A program made the position numbers and the translations under genes. Positions 39,084-48,005 of a stretch of 64,000 bases of DNA are shown here, in pieces. The stretch lies in NCBI GenBank assembly GCA_964602665.1, contig CAZRRH010000001.1:72414-136413 (forward strand). The letters are read 5' to 3'. The stretch comes from an uncultured Candidatus Saccharibacteria bacterium. GTDB taxonomy: Bacteria; Patescibacteriota; Dojkabacteria; SC72; WJKH01. The notes beneath the pieces are model-generated. The model was not told the DNA's origin, made no database searches, and saw nothing but the letters and a program-made list of their open reading frames with translations. Numbering within the stretch: position 1 is the first letter of the stretch; the number at the start of each line of letters is the position of its first letter.

Positions 39084-41192
39084 ATGGAAGACAAGATTTT
39101 AATAAAATCAGATGATGAATTGGTTGATCTCGTTAGGAAGATCTCTGAAACGAAGCAAGAAAGAGTTGTGTTAAAATTTCCTGAAGAATCAGATTTACTT
39201 ATAAGCCCAATAAATTTCAAGGTCTTGTTAAAAGTTGCTGACAAATTAAACAAGATTCTTGTTGCGCAGATATTGCATAGCCAAACAGGAGTCGCAAACG
39301 CAGAAATTGTTGGTATGGTAACAACAACAGATAGCAACATTGATGAGGATTTGTGGCTTTTTGCTCTTGCTCAAACAGATGAACGAAAAAATCGGCAAAA
39401 AGATGCCCTAAAGGGAGTTATCAAAAAAGAAGATAAAGCACCAAAAACGGAAGAGATTACCCCCGCACAAGTAGAGGATAAACAGGAGGAATTAAAGGCT
39501 GAGCCAAAAACAGAACAAGAAGAAAAGCTGCAAGAGAAGGAAATCGACATAGAATCACTAATTGAAGGCGAAGGATTTGAGAAAAAAACTGGCGAAATTG
39601 GTACAAAATCAATAGAACAATCAGAATTTCAAAAAAGAGTTGATCAGACGCTGCAAGGATTAAAGCCTGTTAATAATAAATTGATTGAAGCAGAAGGGTT
39701 TGAGATTGCTTTGGACGATGACATTGAAAACTTTATCCCTCCTATAGAGAAATTTGAGGACTTTGAAATTAAAGAGGAAGAGGTTAAGCAGGAACCAGAA
39801 AAAAAAACAGAAGAAATTCCTGCAAAACAGCGCGAGATTAAGGTAAAGATGGATGAGCTAAAAGAGATCCCGGCCGTACAAGACAGGAATTCTCAGGAAG
39901 AGGATGTGTACTCTTCTTTTATATCAAAAGATTTTAAATCAGCTCCTAATATTAGAGATTTTAGAAGGAAACCTAAAATAACTATTCCAAAATTAAACTT
40001 TGCATCATTAAAAGTAAAAATAAATCAGCTAAAAGCCTCCGGTTTTAAAGGTGGTTCGAAAAGAATATTGCCAATTGCAGGAGGTTTTCTTGTTATCACA
40101 GCGATATTGTTTTACTTTATTTATACTATAGCCTCGCAGGCTGTAGTGACAGTTTATTATAAAAGCACGACTTTATCTATTGATAAAACATTTACGGGTA
40201 AATTAAATTCCGCATTTGACTTATCAGCCGGAACGGTAGCTGTTGTCTCTCATGAGGTATCAAAAGAATCTTCTGAGAGCACACTTGTGACAGGGACAGG
40301 TGAAAGAGGTAAAAAAGCAACAGGAAGTGTAACGCTTCGATGTTATAAAGATGGTGCCGTAAATTTAACTGCAGGAACTAAAATCAAAACGGCTGATAAT
40401 AAAGAGTTTAAAATTGCATCAGCGCAAAATTTAACTTGTCCAACAACTTTATCAGGTGTTGTAATTGAGGCTCTAAACTTCGGAAGTGATTATAATATAC
40501 AATCTGGGACTGTATTTTCAGTAGAGGGGTACCCTTCTACCGATCTTGTAGCACAAAACAGCACTGCTTTTACCGGTGGAACAAAAGAGACATACAAAAT
40601 GGTCGCAAAAGAGGATATAGACAACATAGTAAAAGGCTTACAGGAGCCAATGGACATTGAGGCCCTAGAAGAATTGCAGAATTGGGGAGCAAGCGAAGGC
40701 TGGGTTATGATACCCAAGACAGTTGTAAATAAACTTGACGGCGATCCTGCTCCTGATGCGCCAGTAGGTACTGAGACAGATATTGTAAATGTGGTTGTTA
40801 AAACTAAGCATTCTGCATATTATTACAATAAAAAAGATTTAGATAATGCTGTAGGCCAAATAATTGAGCAGGAGAAAGGAGAGGAACTTCTAAATGCGCA
40901 GGCTGATCAAGGCAATACAACTGTCTCATATGAGCTTACTAAAGAGGATAGAACTGCGATAGAAGTTAAGATGACAATAGCATCTGTTTTAAAGCCCGAA
41001 ATTGATAAAGATAAAATAATTGCAGATTTAACCGGCCTTGGTTGGAAGGATGGTGTTGAATATCTTGATGATTTAGATTTCCATGCAAAAGATCCTGAGC
41101 TCTCTTTCTCGCCGGAATGGGTGCCTAAATTCTTGTGGAAATTCCCCAAAGGGCATAACAAGATCATTTTACATGTAAGAGAGATAGAATAA
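39084..41192 (+). CDS. bitopic membrane protein of unknown function
   Basis: 702 aa. Structured N-terminal cytoplasmic domain (~90 aa), then ~230 aa Glu/Lys-rich low-complexity linker. Single TM (ILPIAGGFLVITAILFYFIYTIA), then a ~350-aa extracytoplasmic Thr/Gly/Val-rich domain. Starts 3 bp after the FtsA-like gene. Confidence 0.4.
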   Translation: MEDKILIKSDDELVDLVRKISETKQERVVLKFPEESDLLISPINFKVLLKVADKLNKILVAQILHSQTGVANAEIVGMVTTTDSNIDEDLWLFALAQTDERKNRQKDALKGVIKKEDKAPKTEEITPAQVEDKQEELKAEPKTEQEEKLQEKEIDIESLIEGEGFEKKTGEIGTKSIEQSEFQKRVDQTLQGLKPVNNKLIEAEGFEIALDDDIENFIPPIEKFEDFEIKEEEVKQEPEKKTEEIPAKQREIKVKMDELKEIPAVQDRNSQEEDVYSSFISKDFKSAPNIRDFRRKPKITIPKLNFASLKVKINQLKASGFKGGSKRILPIAGGFLVITAILFYFIYTIASQAVVTVYYKSTTLSIDKTFTGKLNSAFDLSAGTVAVVSHEVSKESSESTLVTGTGERGKKATGSVTLRCYKDGAVNLTAGTKIKTADNKEFKIASAQNLTCPTTLSGVVIEALNFGSDYNIQSGTVFSVEGYPSTDLVAQNSTAFTGGTKETYKMVAKEDIDNIVKGLQEPMDIEALEELQNWGASEGWVMIPKTVVNKLDGDPAPDAPVGTETDIVNVVVKTKHSAYYYNKKDLDNAVGQIIEQEKGEELLNAQADQGNTTVSYELTKEDRTAIEVKMTIASVLKPEIDKDKIIADLTGLGWKDGVEYLDDLDFHAKDPELSFSPEWVPKFLWKFPKGHNKIILHVREIE

Positions 41193-41215
41193 GCTAATTT
41201 TGTCGCAATTTTATC

Positions 41216-41422
41216 ATGAAAAAGGTTGAATTCTTTTCAAAAACATGTGAACCTGCATTTATGAAAATAGGAAACATTGATTTTGCGTCTTTAACTGAAG
41301 AAATTAATAAATTCCTCGAAAGAGATGGAAAAGATATTAAAGTTATTGATGTGCAATACCGTCTTACAGCGCCAGGTAGCCTTGCAATAGCAAGTGTTAT
41401 GGTTTTTTATGAGGAGTTGTAA
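41216..41422 (+). CDS. small hypothetical protein
   Basis: 68 aa. No motif recognised. Compactly placed after the 702-aa gene. Confidence 0.3.
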   Translation: MKKVEFFSKTCEPAFMKIGNIDFASLTEEINKFLERDGKDIKVIDVQYRLTAPGSLAIASVMVFYEEL

Positions 41423-41427
41423 TAACT

Positions 41428-42180
41428 CTATAAATTTGCGACACGCATATTGATTTCTTCCTTATGCCTTATGACCCAATTGATACTTTCTCTTATTATT
41501 TTAACTTTAGTTTTTTGATATTGTTGATCCTTTAATGAGTTAGCACATTTCATTGCTTTTAACCTCATTGTTAAAACCCTTTGTTGCTCACTTAAAAGAA
41601 TGGATATAAAATCTTGGTAATTAATATCTGTTCCATACGCCTTAAGCATTGTCATTAAATTTTTAATCTGCAAGTCGTCAGGAATTATTAAATTATCACA
41701 TCCTAAGTTAAGAAATGTCCAAATAGCATAAGTAATATCTGTAATTCTGTTGCCTGCGTAGACGCCATCAAAATCGATTATGCCAACAATCGATTTATCT
41801 TTAATTAAAATATTCCAGGGAGCATAATCTAAATGGCATATTGTTTCTTCTTCTTCTGTGAATTCGGAAAGAATATCATGAAATTCTCTCAAAATCTGCA
41901 TAGCTTTTATTGATATTTTAAGTGGAATCGGGTCAAAAACAATAGGTTCTCCATCTATGTACGAAATTATTTCTCTATCTTTTTTATCAACTCCAAAAAC
42001 TCTTGGTGAATATTTGAAACCTTTTTCTTCAAGAAAAGTTAATACACTATGCGAGAATTTATAATTATTGCTAACTGGTTTATATACTTTATTTCCTTTT
42101 TTTAAAACAGTTCGACCAGATTCTCCATGTTTAAATTTTACATCTTTCATTTTTGTTTTTGAGATTGATTTACTGGCCAT
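41428..42180 (-). CDS. aminoglycoside-phosphotransferase-fold (APH/CotS-like) small-molecule kinase
   Basis: Catalytic loop HLDYAPWNILI (HxDxxxxN) and IIDFDGVYAGNRITDI (DFD/DxD). The track ORF continues upstream to 42390, but that extension translates the tRNA-Ser gene; the start is placed at ATG 42180 (MASKSISKTKMKDVKF). Confidence 0.6.
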   Translation of the reverse strand: MASKSISKTKMKDVKFKHGESGRTVLKKGNKVYKPVSNNYKFSHSVLTFLEEKGFKYSPRVFGVDKKDREIISYIDGEPIVFDPIPLKISIKAMQILREFHDILSEFTEEEETICHLDYAPWNILIKDKSIVGIIDFDGVYAGNRITDITYAIWTFLNLGCDNLIIPDDLQIKNLMTMLKAYGTDINYQDFISILLSEQQRVLTMRLKAMKCANSLKDQQYQKTKVKIIRESINWVIRHKEEINMRVANL

Positions 42181-42188
42181 ACGACACA

Positions 42189-42205
42189 CGGAGAGGACAG
42201 GATTT
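42189..42205. repeat. 17-bp direct repeat of the tRNA-Ser 3' end (tRNA remnant or att-like scar)
   Basis: cggagaggacaggattt duplicates cggagaggacaggattc at 42310-42326 (and 37543-37559). The flanking sequence lacks a T-loop, so it is not a functional tRNA. Confidence 0.6.
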
Positions 42206-42309
42206 ACTGCCACTACTACGCTTTGCTCCGTAGTAGCAGTACCTTGCTTCTCATCCCGACTCAATATATTTACAACAACTTGGAAATATATTCCAATTTG
42301 TTGTAAATA

Positions 42310-42396
42310 CGGAGAGGACAGGATTCGAACCTGCGGCTCGTTTACACGAGCGAACGCTTTCCAAGCGTTTCCTTTCGACCACTCAGGCACCTCTCC
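42310..42396 (-). tRNA. tRNA-Ser (anticodon GGA)
   Basis: Minus strand reads GGAGAGG-TG-CCT-GAGTGGTCGAAA-GGA-A-AACGC-TTGGAAA-GCGTT-[CGCTCGTGTAAACGAGCC]-GCAGG-TTCGAAT-CCTGT-CCTCTCC-G. Normal 18-nt variable arm. Shares an identical 24-nt 3' end with the tRNA-Ser(CGA) gene. Confidence 0.8.
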
Positions 42397-42449
42397 TTTT
42401 AAGATCGTTTAGCTTATTATAGCATAAAAGCGCTTGCTGTGACAAAGGT

Positions 42450-43445
42450 ATGATGATATGGTATACTTCGTTTCATATGAAACATTCCGTTAAGAAACCT
42501 CTTTTGAGAGATGTTTTTGATTATCTTTTAAGGCCGATTCCGAGATCAACATTTTTAAATGATAAAGATATTAAGTCTTGCCAAAGCGACCGTATTGAGA
42601 GAATTATTGCTTTTTTGAAAACAGCCCTAACGAAATTTGTACATGTTATTAGAATTTATGCGATATTGATAGTTATTGCAATATCTATAGCGTTGCTGTC
42701 GTCTATTTTTGTAGCTGGTAAGACAACTAATGAGTTGGATAATTATATTTCAAAAGAGAGTATCCTGTTTGTGCTTGTTTACGGAGGTATTTTTGCTCCT
42801 CTATTTGAAGAAATCGCATTTAGGATTCATCTGAAAATGTCTCCTGTACGATGGGCCATATTTGTTGTTGCTCAGTGTGCGTTTCTATTAATATCTTTTA
42901 GCGAAAAATTTGCTTGGATAGCTAATTTCTTCTCTTTTACAGATAATTTATATATTAATATTGGAATAAATTTGTTGTTATCAATAGTGATATTTTCTGT
43001 TTTATTTATTATATTTAAAAGAGTAAAGATTAATATTAGTGAAAAACTTTATGCCGTAATTTTTTATGCTTCTGCGATATACTTTGGCTTTATACATACG
43101 GCAAACTATTCAAATATTGCTGAAGTTTGGTATTTAGCGCTGCTTTTAGTGTTACCTCAGATAATAGCCGGAATATTTTTGGGATATGTCCGTATTCGAT
43201 ACGGCTTAATTTGGAGCATCGTTTTGCATTCAATATATAATGGATCTTTGATTTTTCCTGTTTTCCTTATGGCAAGTTTTATGTCAAATTTTGATATTGC
43301 ATCTTCAAATATCCCCACATCATCGCAAGACATTGCAGTTCTGCTTTTTGTCGGAATTTATGCGATATTTCTTTTTCTTGTAATTTTTGGAGCATTAATA
43401 TACAATATTGTGGAATTGTTACTACACAAAAATGAGGCAGTATAA
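42450..43445 (+). CDS. CPBP-family (CAAX protease/Abi) intramembrane metalloprotease
   Basis: Polytopic protein with motif 1 EEIAFR (EExxxR), motif 2 FGFIH (FxxxH) and motif 3 LHSIYN (HxxxN). Confidence 0.65.
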   Translation: MMIWYTSFHMKHSVKKPLLRDVFDYLLRPIPRSTFLNDKDIKSCQSDRIERIIAFLKTALTKFVHVIRIYAILIVIAISIALLSSIFVAGKTTNELDNYISKESILFVLVYGGIFAPLFEEIAFRIHLKMSPVRWAIFVVAQCAFLLISFSEKFAWIANFFSFTDNLYINIGINLLLSIVIFSVLFIIFKRVKINISEKLYAVIFYASAIYFGFIHTANYSNIAEVWYLALLLVLPQIIAGIFLGYVRIRYGLIWSIVLHSIYNGSLIFPVFLMASFMSNFDIASSNIPTSSQDIAVLLFVGIYAIFLFLVIFGALIYNIVELLLHKNEAV

Positions 43446-44232
43446 AGAGCTTTTACAATATATTATGGAGAATGGAAGGACGAAACCTGACAGGTCAGGT
43501 TTTATGCTGCGTTCTGTTTTTGGGTGTAGTGCAAGATACAATTTACAAGAGGGATTTCCCCTTTTGACGACTAAAAAAATGCCCAAAAAAGTATGGATAC
43601 ACGAGCTTCTTTGGTTTTTATCCGGTAAAAGTGATAATATAAGAGAATTACAGGAGAAAGATGTGCATATTTGGGATGGATTTGCAGATGAAAACGGTGA
43701 TTTGGGTCCAATGTACGGTTATCAATGGCGTAAATGGCCTGATTATAAAGGTGGATATATAGATCAAATCGCTAATGTGATAAAGAAATTGAGAACAGAG
43801 CCATATTCCAAGGCATTGATTGTTAGCGCTTGGAATACTGCTCAGCTTGACCAGATGAGATTACCTCCATGTCACACGTTTTTTCAGTTTTATGTCAGAA
43901 AAAACCAGCTTAGTTTGCAACTTTATCAAAGAAGTTGTGATGTATTTATTGGTGCTCCATTTAATATTGCACAATACTCACTTTTACTTATGATGATAGC
44001 ACAAGTTACAGGTTATGAGCCTTATGAGTTTATTCATACAATTGGTGATGCACATGTTTATAAAAATCACAAAGAGGCTATATTGGAGCAGCTTTCTCGC
44101 AAGCCTTACCCTCTTGCTAAGATGTATATAAATCCAAATGTTAAGGATATTGATGCTTTTACAATAGATGATTTTAAGATAAAGGGTTATAAACATCATC
44201 CAAAATTAGTTCAAAAAGTCGTTATTGTTTAA
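43432..44232 (+). CDS. thyA: thymidylate synthase ThyA
   Basis: MRQYKELL..., active-site region LPPCHTFFQFYV, dUMP-specificity Asn in APFNIAQYSLL. Start placed at ATG 43432 (the track ORF is 8 codons longer). Confidence 0.9.
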   Translation: MRQYKELLQYIMENGRTKPDRSGFMLRSVFGCSARYNLQEGFPLLTTKKMPKKVWIHELLWFLSGKSDNIRELQEKDVHIWDGFADENGDLGPMYGYQWRKWPDYKGGYIDQIANVIKKLRTEPYSKALIVSAWNTAQLDQMRLPPCHTFFQFYVRKNQLSLQLYQRSCDVFIGAPFNIAQYSLLLMMIAQVTGYEPYEFIHTIGDAHVYKNHKEAILEQLSRKPYPLAKMYINPNVKDIDAFTIDDFKIKGYKHHPKLVQKVVIV

Positions 44233-44901
44233 ATGATAAAAATTATTGCTTCAGTCGCAAAAAATGGTGTTATTGGTAGAAAGGGAGATTTGCCTTGGAA
44301 ATTACCCGCAGATTTGAGTTATTTTTTAGAGAAAACTGCAAATCATTATCTTATAATGGGCAAAAACACTTATTACTCAATAAAATCCCGGTTTGATAAG
44401 AAATATCCAGGTAAAAACAAGTTTTTTGGCAAGGGAAGGAAGAGCATTGTTTTAACAAGTGAGCCAATTATGGGCCTCCCTGATGAGGTTTATACTGCCA
44501 GTTCAATTGAGCAGGCCTTGAAAATAGTTGGAGAAAACGACGTTTTTATCATTGGAGGGGCCTTTGTATATAATCAATTTATTGATATTGCAGACGAGTT
44601 ATATGTTTCTGATATCGATGCTGAAATAGAAGATGCTGATGCGTTTTTTCCGCAGATTAATCTTGGAAAATGGGTTTTAGATAGCGAGAAATTTGTTGCA
44701 AAAGATGCTAAAAACGAGTATAATTTTAGCTGTAAAATATATAAAAAAGCAAAAAATATGGCAGAAAACAAAGAAGAGAAAATTTTAAAGAAAAACCTCG
44801 AGAAAATGGCTACTTCTGGCTATTTTAAAGAGGATATGCGCGTCGATGTTGGTAAATTCTCACTTGAGAATCTACTCAATGAAGAAGATGAGAAAAAGTA
44901 G
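44233..44901 (+). CDS. folA: dihydrofolate reductase with a ~60-aa C-terminal extension
   Basis: MIKIIASVAKNGVIGRKGDLPWKLPADLSYF..., the canonical DHFR N-terminus. Follows thyA directly. Confidence 0.8.
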   Translation: MIKIIASVAKNGVIGRKGDLPWKLPADLSYFLEKTANHYLIMGKNTYYSIKSRFDKKYPGKNKFFGKGRKSIVLTSEPIMGLPDEVYTASSIEQALKIVGENDVFIIGGAFVYNQFIDIADELYVSDIDAEIEDADAFFPQINLGKWVLDSEKFVAKDAKNEYNFSCKIYKKAKNMAENKEEKILKKNLEKMATSGYFKEDMRVDVGKFSLENLLNEEDEKK

Positions 44902-46015
44902 GATTGGTATACTCATAACGCATATTTTTGCTCAAGAGTATTTAAAAGATAAGATAATCTTTGCTCCTATCCATTTGGCCGTGCAATTAGCTGACGGACT
45001 GGTTACGCACGACAATGATGTGTATTTTTTTACTCCCGGACAGATAAATACAAAGGCAAAAAATATTACGACAGATCTGTCTTTACTTAATTCAGAGCTC
45101 AAAAATGAAGGTTGTTCTTTGCCAGAGTTTGCGGTTAATAATCCTCTGGCTTTTGTTTCGGTAGCGCGTCAAATTCAAGCAGAAATAACTAAAAAAGCCT
45201 TTGAATATGCAAATAGTGGCAAAATAGACGCACTGATAGTGTACATGTGTGAAGATGAAATACCTCTCTACTTTTCAGGTTTCGTTAAAAAGCCAGTTTT
45301 TTTTGTTCATCATGATCCATTTAATTTTTATCGTAAATATAGAGTTAGATTCCCTAGATTGTCAAATCTAAATTACATTTCTCTTTCATACGCACAAAGA
45401 AAAACAGCTCCAAAAGGTCTAAATTTTGTAGCCAACATATACAACGGAATAGACATTGCAGAGTATAGATATAATCCTTGCGGTGGGGAGTATTTTGCAT
45501 CTCTGGGTAGAATAATTCAAAACAAAGGTGTGCATACAGCAATCAATGTTTGCCGTGAAACAAATATAAAGCTAAAAATCGCAGGAAAACATTATTCTAA
45601 TAATGATGATAAAGAGGAGTCTTATTGGGAGAAATATGTCAAGCCCTATATAGACGGAGTTAATATTGAATATATCGGGTTTTTGAAGCCTCCAATGCAA
45701 ACTTCAGAGTTTTTAGGAAATGCGAAAGCGCTTCTTTTTCCTGTTACATGGGATGAGCCATTTGGGATGGTTATGATTGAATCTTTGGCCTGTGGGACGC
45801 CTGTTATTGCATTTAGCAACGGCGCTGTACCTGAGATAATTGAAGATGGAAAAAACGGATATATTGTAAAGAACGAGAAGGAAATGAAGCTGGCGATGCA
45901 AAAGATAGATAAGATTAATAGAAAATACTGTCGACAGTCAGTATTAGAGAAATTCACAATTGAAAGAATGGTTTTAGAATATGATAAACTAATTAAATCT
46001 TATCTGCGAGAATAG
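44879..46015 (+). CDS. GT4-family glycosyltransferase
   Basis: EPFGMVMIESLACGTPVIAFSNGAVPEII (E-x7-E motif region) in the C-terminal half. The start probably lies at MKKMRKSRIGIL; the track starts at 44846. Confidence 0.7.
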   Translation: MKKMRKSRIGILITHIFAQEYLKDKIIFAPIHLAVQLADGLVTHDNDVYFFTPGQINTKAKNITTDLSLLNSELKNEGCSLPEFAVNNPLAFVSVARQIQAEITKKAFEYANSGKIDALIVYMCEDEIPLYFSGFVKKPVFFVHHDPFNFYRKYRVRFPRLSNLNYISLSYAQRKTAPKGLNFVANIYNGIDIAEYRYNPCGGEYFASLGRIIQNKGVHTAINVCRETNIKLKIAGKHYSNNDDKEESYWEKYVKPYIDGVNIEYIGFLKPPMQTSEFLGNAKALLFPVTWDEPFGMVMIESLACGTPVIAFSNGAVPEIIEDGKNGYIVKNEKEMKLAMQKIDKINRKYCRQSVLEKFTIERMVLEYDKLIKSYLRE

Positions 46016-46886
46016 AATAACTTGACTCGTTTGAATAATCGTTGACATGTACGACTTTTTTTATTTTTGATTTTGCAATTACCCTTGCGCAGTAAGGACA
46101 AGGAAATTTGCTTACCCAAAGTGTCGTATCTTTAAGTGAAAAATTTGCATTTATTATTGTAGCCATCTCTGCATGAATAGTCTCTAGGAGTTCGATGTTT
46201 TTGCCTATTTCGCCATGCTCGCGCTCCTTTAGCGACCCGTGGTGCATCATAGCGCTTTGATAGGGCATTATTTCGTTAAATCCATATGAAATAACCTTCA
46301 AGTCACTATCTGTGAGAAGTGCACCTGTTTGACCTGTCCAATCCCATGATAATTTTGAAATGTCGAGTGTTAATTTCTTTAGCTCGTCTGCATTAAATCT
46401 TTGCCCAATTATTGAGTCAAAATTATCTTTAAATTGCAAACAGTAATTTTTTGCTTCGTCTTCCGATTTAAAAGGTGATAAAGATTGAAATTCTGCACCA
46501 ACTTTGATGGCTTCCCAATAAAAAGAGTTAAAGTGCAAACAATCGCTCCAGGAACCGTTAAACCCTATTATCTTACTTGGCTTGAGCTCTCTGATGATAT
46601 ATTTTGTGTCATTGTAATAATAATCAAGAGAAAAAAGTCTTTCGCTATCAATCTTTGTTTCTCTTTTGACGACTTTAAAAGGTTTCGAGTCCTCAAGTTT
46701 GGGAATGTATTTATCTAGTAAGTTCCCAATAATAACAAGAAAATCTTTGCTAATATACTCTTTAATAAGCTTCTCAAACTGCTCTTGGTTTACATAAATC
46801 CCTCCAAGAATAAAAAGCTTTTTATTAAATGCTCGTACATATTCTTTTTGTTTTGCTGATAGATCTGCCCAAAGTAAGTTAACCAT
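45993..46886 (-). CDS. dCMP/cytidylate deaminase-domain protein with an uncharacterised ~150-aa N-terminal domain
   Basis: The C-terminal half has the zinc-dependent deaminase signature HAEMATIINA ... PCPYCARVIA (HAE / PCxxC). The N-terminal 150 aa have no recognisable motif. Confidence 0.6.
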   Translation of the reverse strand: MVNLLWADLSAKQKEYVRAFNKKLFILGGIYVNQEQFEKLIKEYISKDFLVIIGNLLDKYIPKLEDSKPFKVVKRETKIDSERLFSLDYYYNDTKYIIRELKPSKIIGFNGSWSDCLHFNSFYWEAIKVGAEFQSLSPFKSEDEAKNYCLQFKDNFDSIIGQRFNADELKKLTLDISKLSWDWTGQTGALLTDSDLKVISYGFNEIMPYQSAMMHHGSLKEREHGEIGKNIELLETIHAEMATIINANFSLKDTTLWVSKFPCPYCARVIAKSKIKKVVHVNDYSNESSYSILADKI

Positions 46887-47403
46887 ATTTTTCTTTGTAT
46901 CTAGCCTTAATTTTATTTATCTCGTCTGGATTTTGCTTATAAAGTTTTGCTATTAATCTTGGAGGATATTTAATCTTCTGATAATTAAATTGTAATAAGG
47001 TTGGAATATAGGGTAGCAGATGTATATGTAAATGATGTACCGTTTTTTGCGAAGTCTGATCCAAGGCAGCACCTTCACGATACAGCATAAATAGCGTTTT
47101 ATAGCCAAAAGCAAGTCTTAGGAACTTCTTTGCAATATAATGGAAATATTGGACAGATTCCCATTCCTCTTTAGTTAGCTGCTTAAGATGGTCAATGTGC
47201 CTTTTAGGTACAATCATAAGACTTCCATCGATATATGGATAGAGATTTGTTGTAAGAACCATGCCGTTTTTGCTGTCCAGTATATACTTTTCATTAAGAT
47301 CGCAAAAAACGCATTTGCCAACAGAAGTCCATATTTTACCGTATTCAAAATCAGCAGAACTTCTTGCCCTCATTTGCTGTTTGTCTTGTTCTGTGAGCTT
47401 CAT
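46879..47403 (-). CDS. HIT (histidine triad) family nucleotide hydrolase/transferase
   Basis: 174 aa. CVFCDL near the N-terminus and the histidine triad HHLHIHLLP. Confidence 0.7.
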   Translation of the reverse strand: MKLTEQDKQQMRARSSADFEYGKIWTSVGKCVFCDLNEKYILDSKNGMVLTTNLYPYIDGSLMIVPKRHIDHLKQLTKEEWESVQYFHYIAKKFLRLAFGYKTLFMLYREGAALDQTSQKTVHHLHIHLLPYIPTLLQFNYQKIKYPPRLIAKLYKQNPDEINKIKARYKEKYG

Positions 47404-47975
47404 TTTTTGTTGTATCTTTCTTTAATTGGCTTTGCTTGGCATTCAATATATGGTTTAAAAAGCTCTGCAAATTCAGCGCCAACAACTCTTCTTGCGATTT
47501 GTGTGGCAGAGATAAAAAGAGATTGTCTGTCTACTATTTTAAAATCACCACCGTAATCTTGTACGGCTTTGTACTCTTTGGATTCTTTGTACCCTGATGC
47601 CCAATCCTCTATAACAGATACAAAAATATCAGGCTTAAGAAGCTCGATTGCCGCTTTGCAGCTTGGTGTGGGTAGTATTGTTATGTAGTCGACGCATTTA
47701 AGAAATGCAAGGCTTTCTGCTCTGATCCATTCATCTAGAATTGGCTTATTAGGTCCTTTGACCTCTCTAATTGCTTCGTTGCTTACTACACCAACTACAA
47801 GTATGTCGCCAAGCTTTTTTGCCTCTGTGAGATATCTCATCTGTCCAACATGTATCATATCCCAACTTCCTGCTGTGAAGACAACTTTTTTACCAGTTTT
47901 CTTTATTTCTTTATGGAAACTACTAAGATCATCTTGTGACAAATATCGTCCTTTTAACATTTCTCTTGGTTTCAT
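47400..47975 (-). CDS. cytidylyltransferase-family nucleotidyltransferase (TagD/CCT-like)
   Basis: 191 aa. VVFTAGSWDMIHVGQMRYLTEAKKLGDILVVGVVSNE aligns with the TagD/CCT GTFDxxHxGH block plus the following helix. Confidence 0.65.
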   Translation of the reverse strand: MKPREMLKGRYLSQDDLSSFHKEIKKTGKKVVFTAGSWDMIHVGQMRYLTEAKKLGDILVVGVVSNEAIREVKGPNKPILDEWIRAESLAFLKCVDYITILPTPSCKAAIELLKPDIFVSVIEDWASGYKESKEYKAVQDYGGDFKIVDRQSLFISATQIARRVVGAEFAELFKPYIECQAKPIKERYNKK

Positions 47976-48005
47976 AATAATATATCGTTAAAGTTAACTG
48001 CTCTA

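Noticed and set aside
42181-42390. N-terminal 70 codons of the track ORF 41428-42390 (MPEWSKGNAWKAFARVNEPQVRILSS...)
   Set aside because: This stretch is the reverse-strand translation of the tRNA-Ser(GGA) gene and its 3' remnant. The kinase most plausibly starts at ATG 42180 (MASKSISKTKMKDVKF).
37543-42396. Integrated prophage or ICE between the two tRNA-Ser genes
   Set aside because: Both tRNAs are complete and functional-looking. No integrase, excisionase, phage structural or transfer genes lie in the interval; only a short 3'-end repeat remains, reported as a scar.
43432-44232. Possibility that the thyA-like gene is a dCMP/dUMP hydroxymethylase of a DNA hypermodification pathway (given nearby glycosyltransferase, kinase and deaminase)
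   Set aside because: The active-site region LPPCHTFFQFYV and the Asn in APFNIAQY match bona fide thymidylate synthase, and folA is immediately downstream, the canonical pairing.
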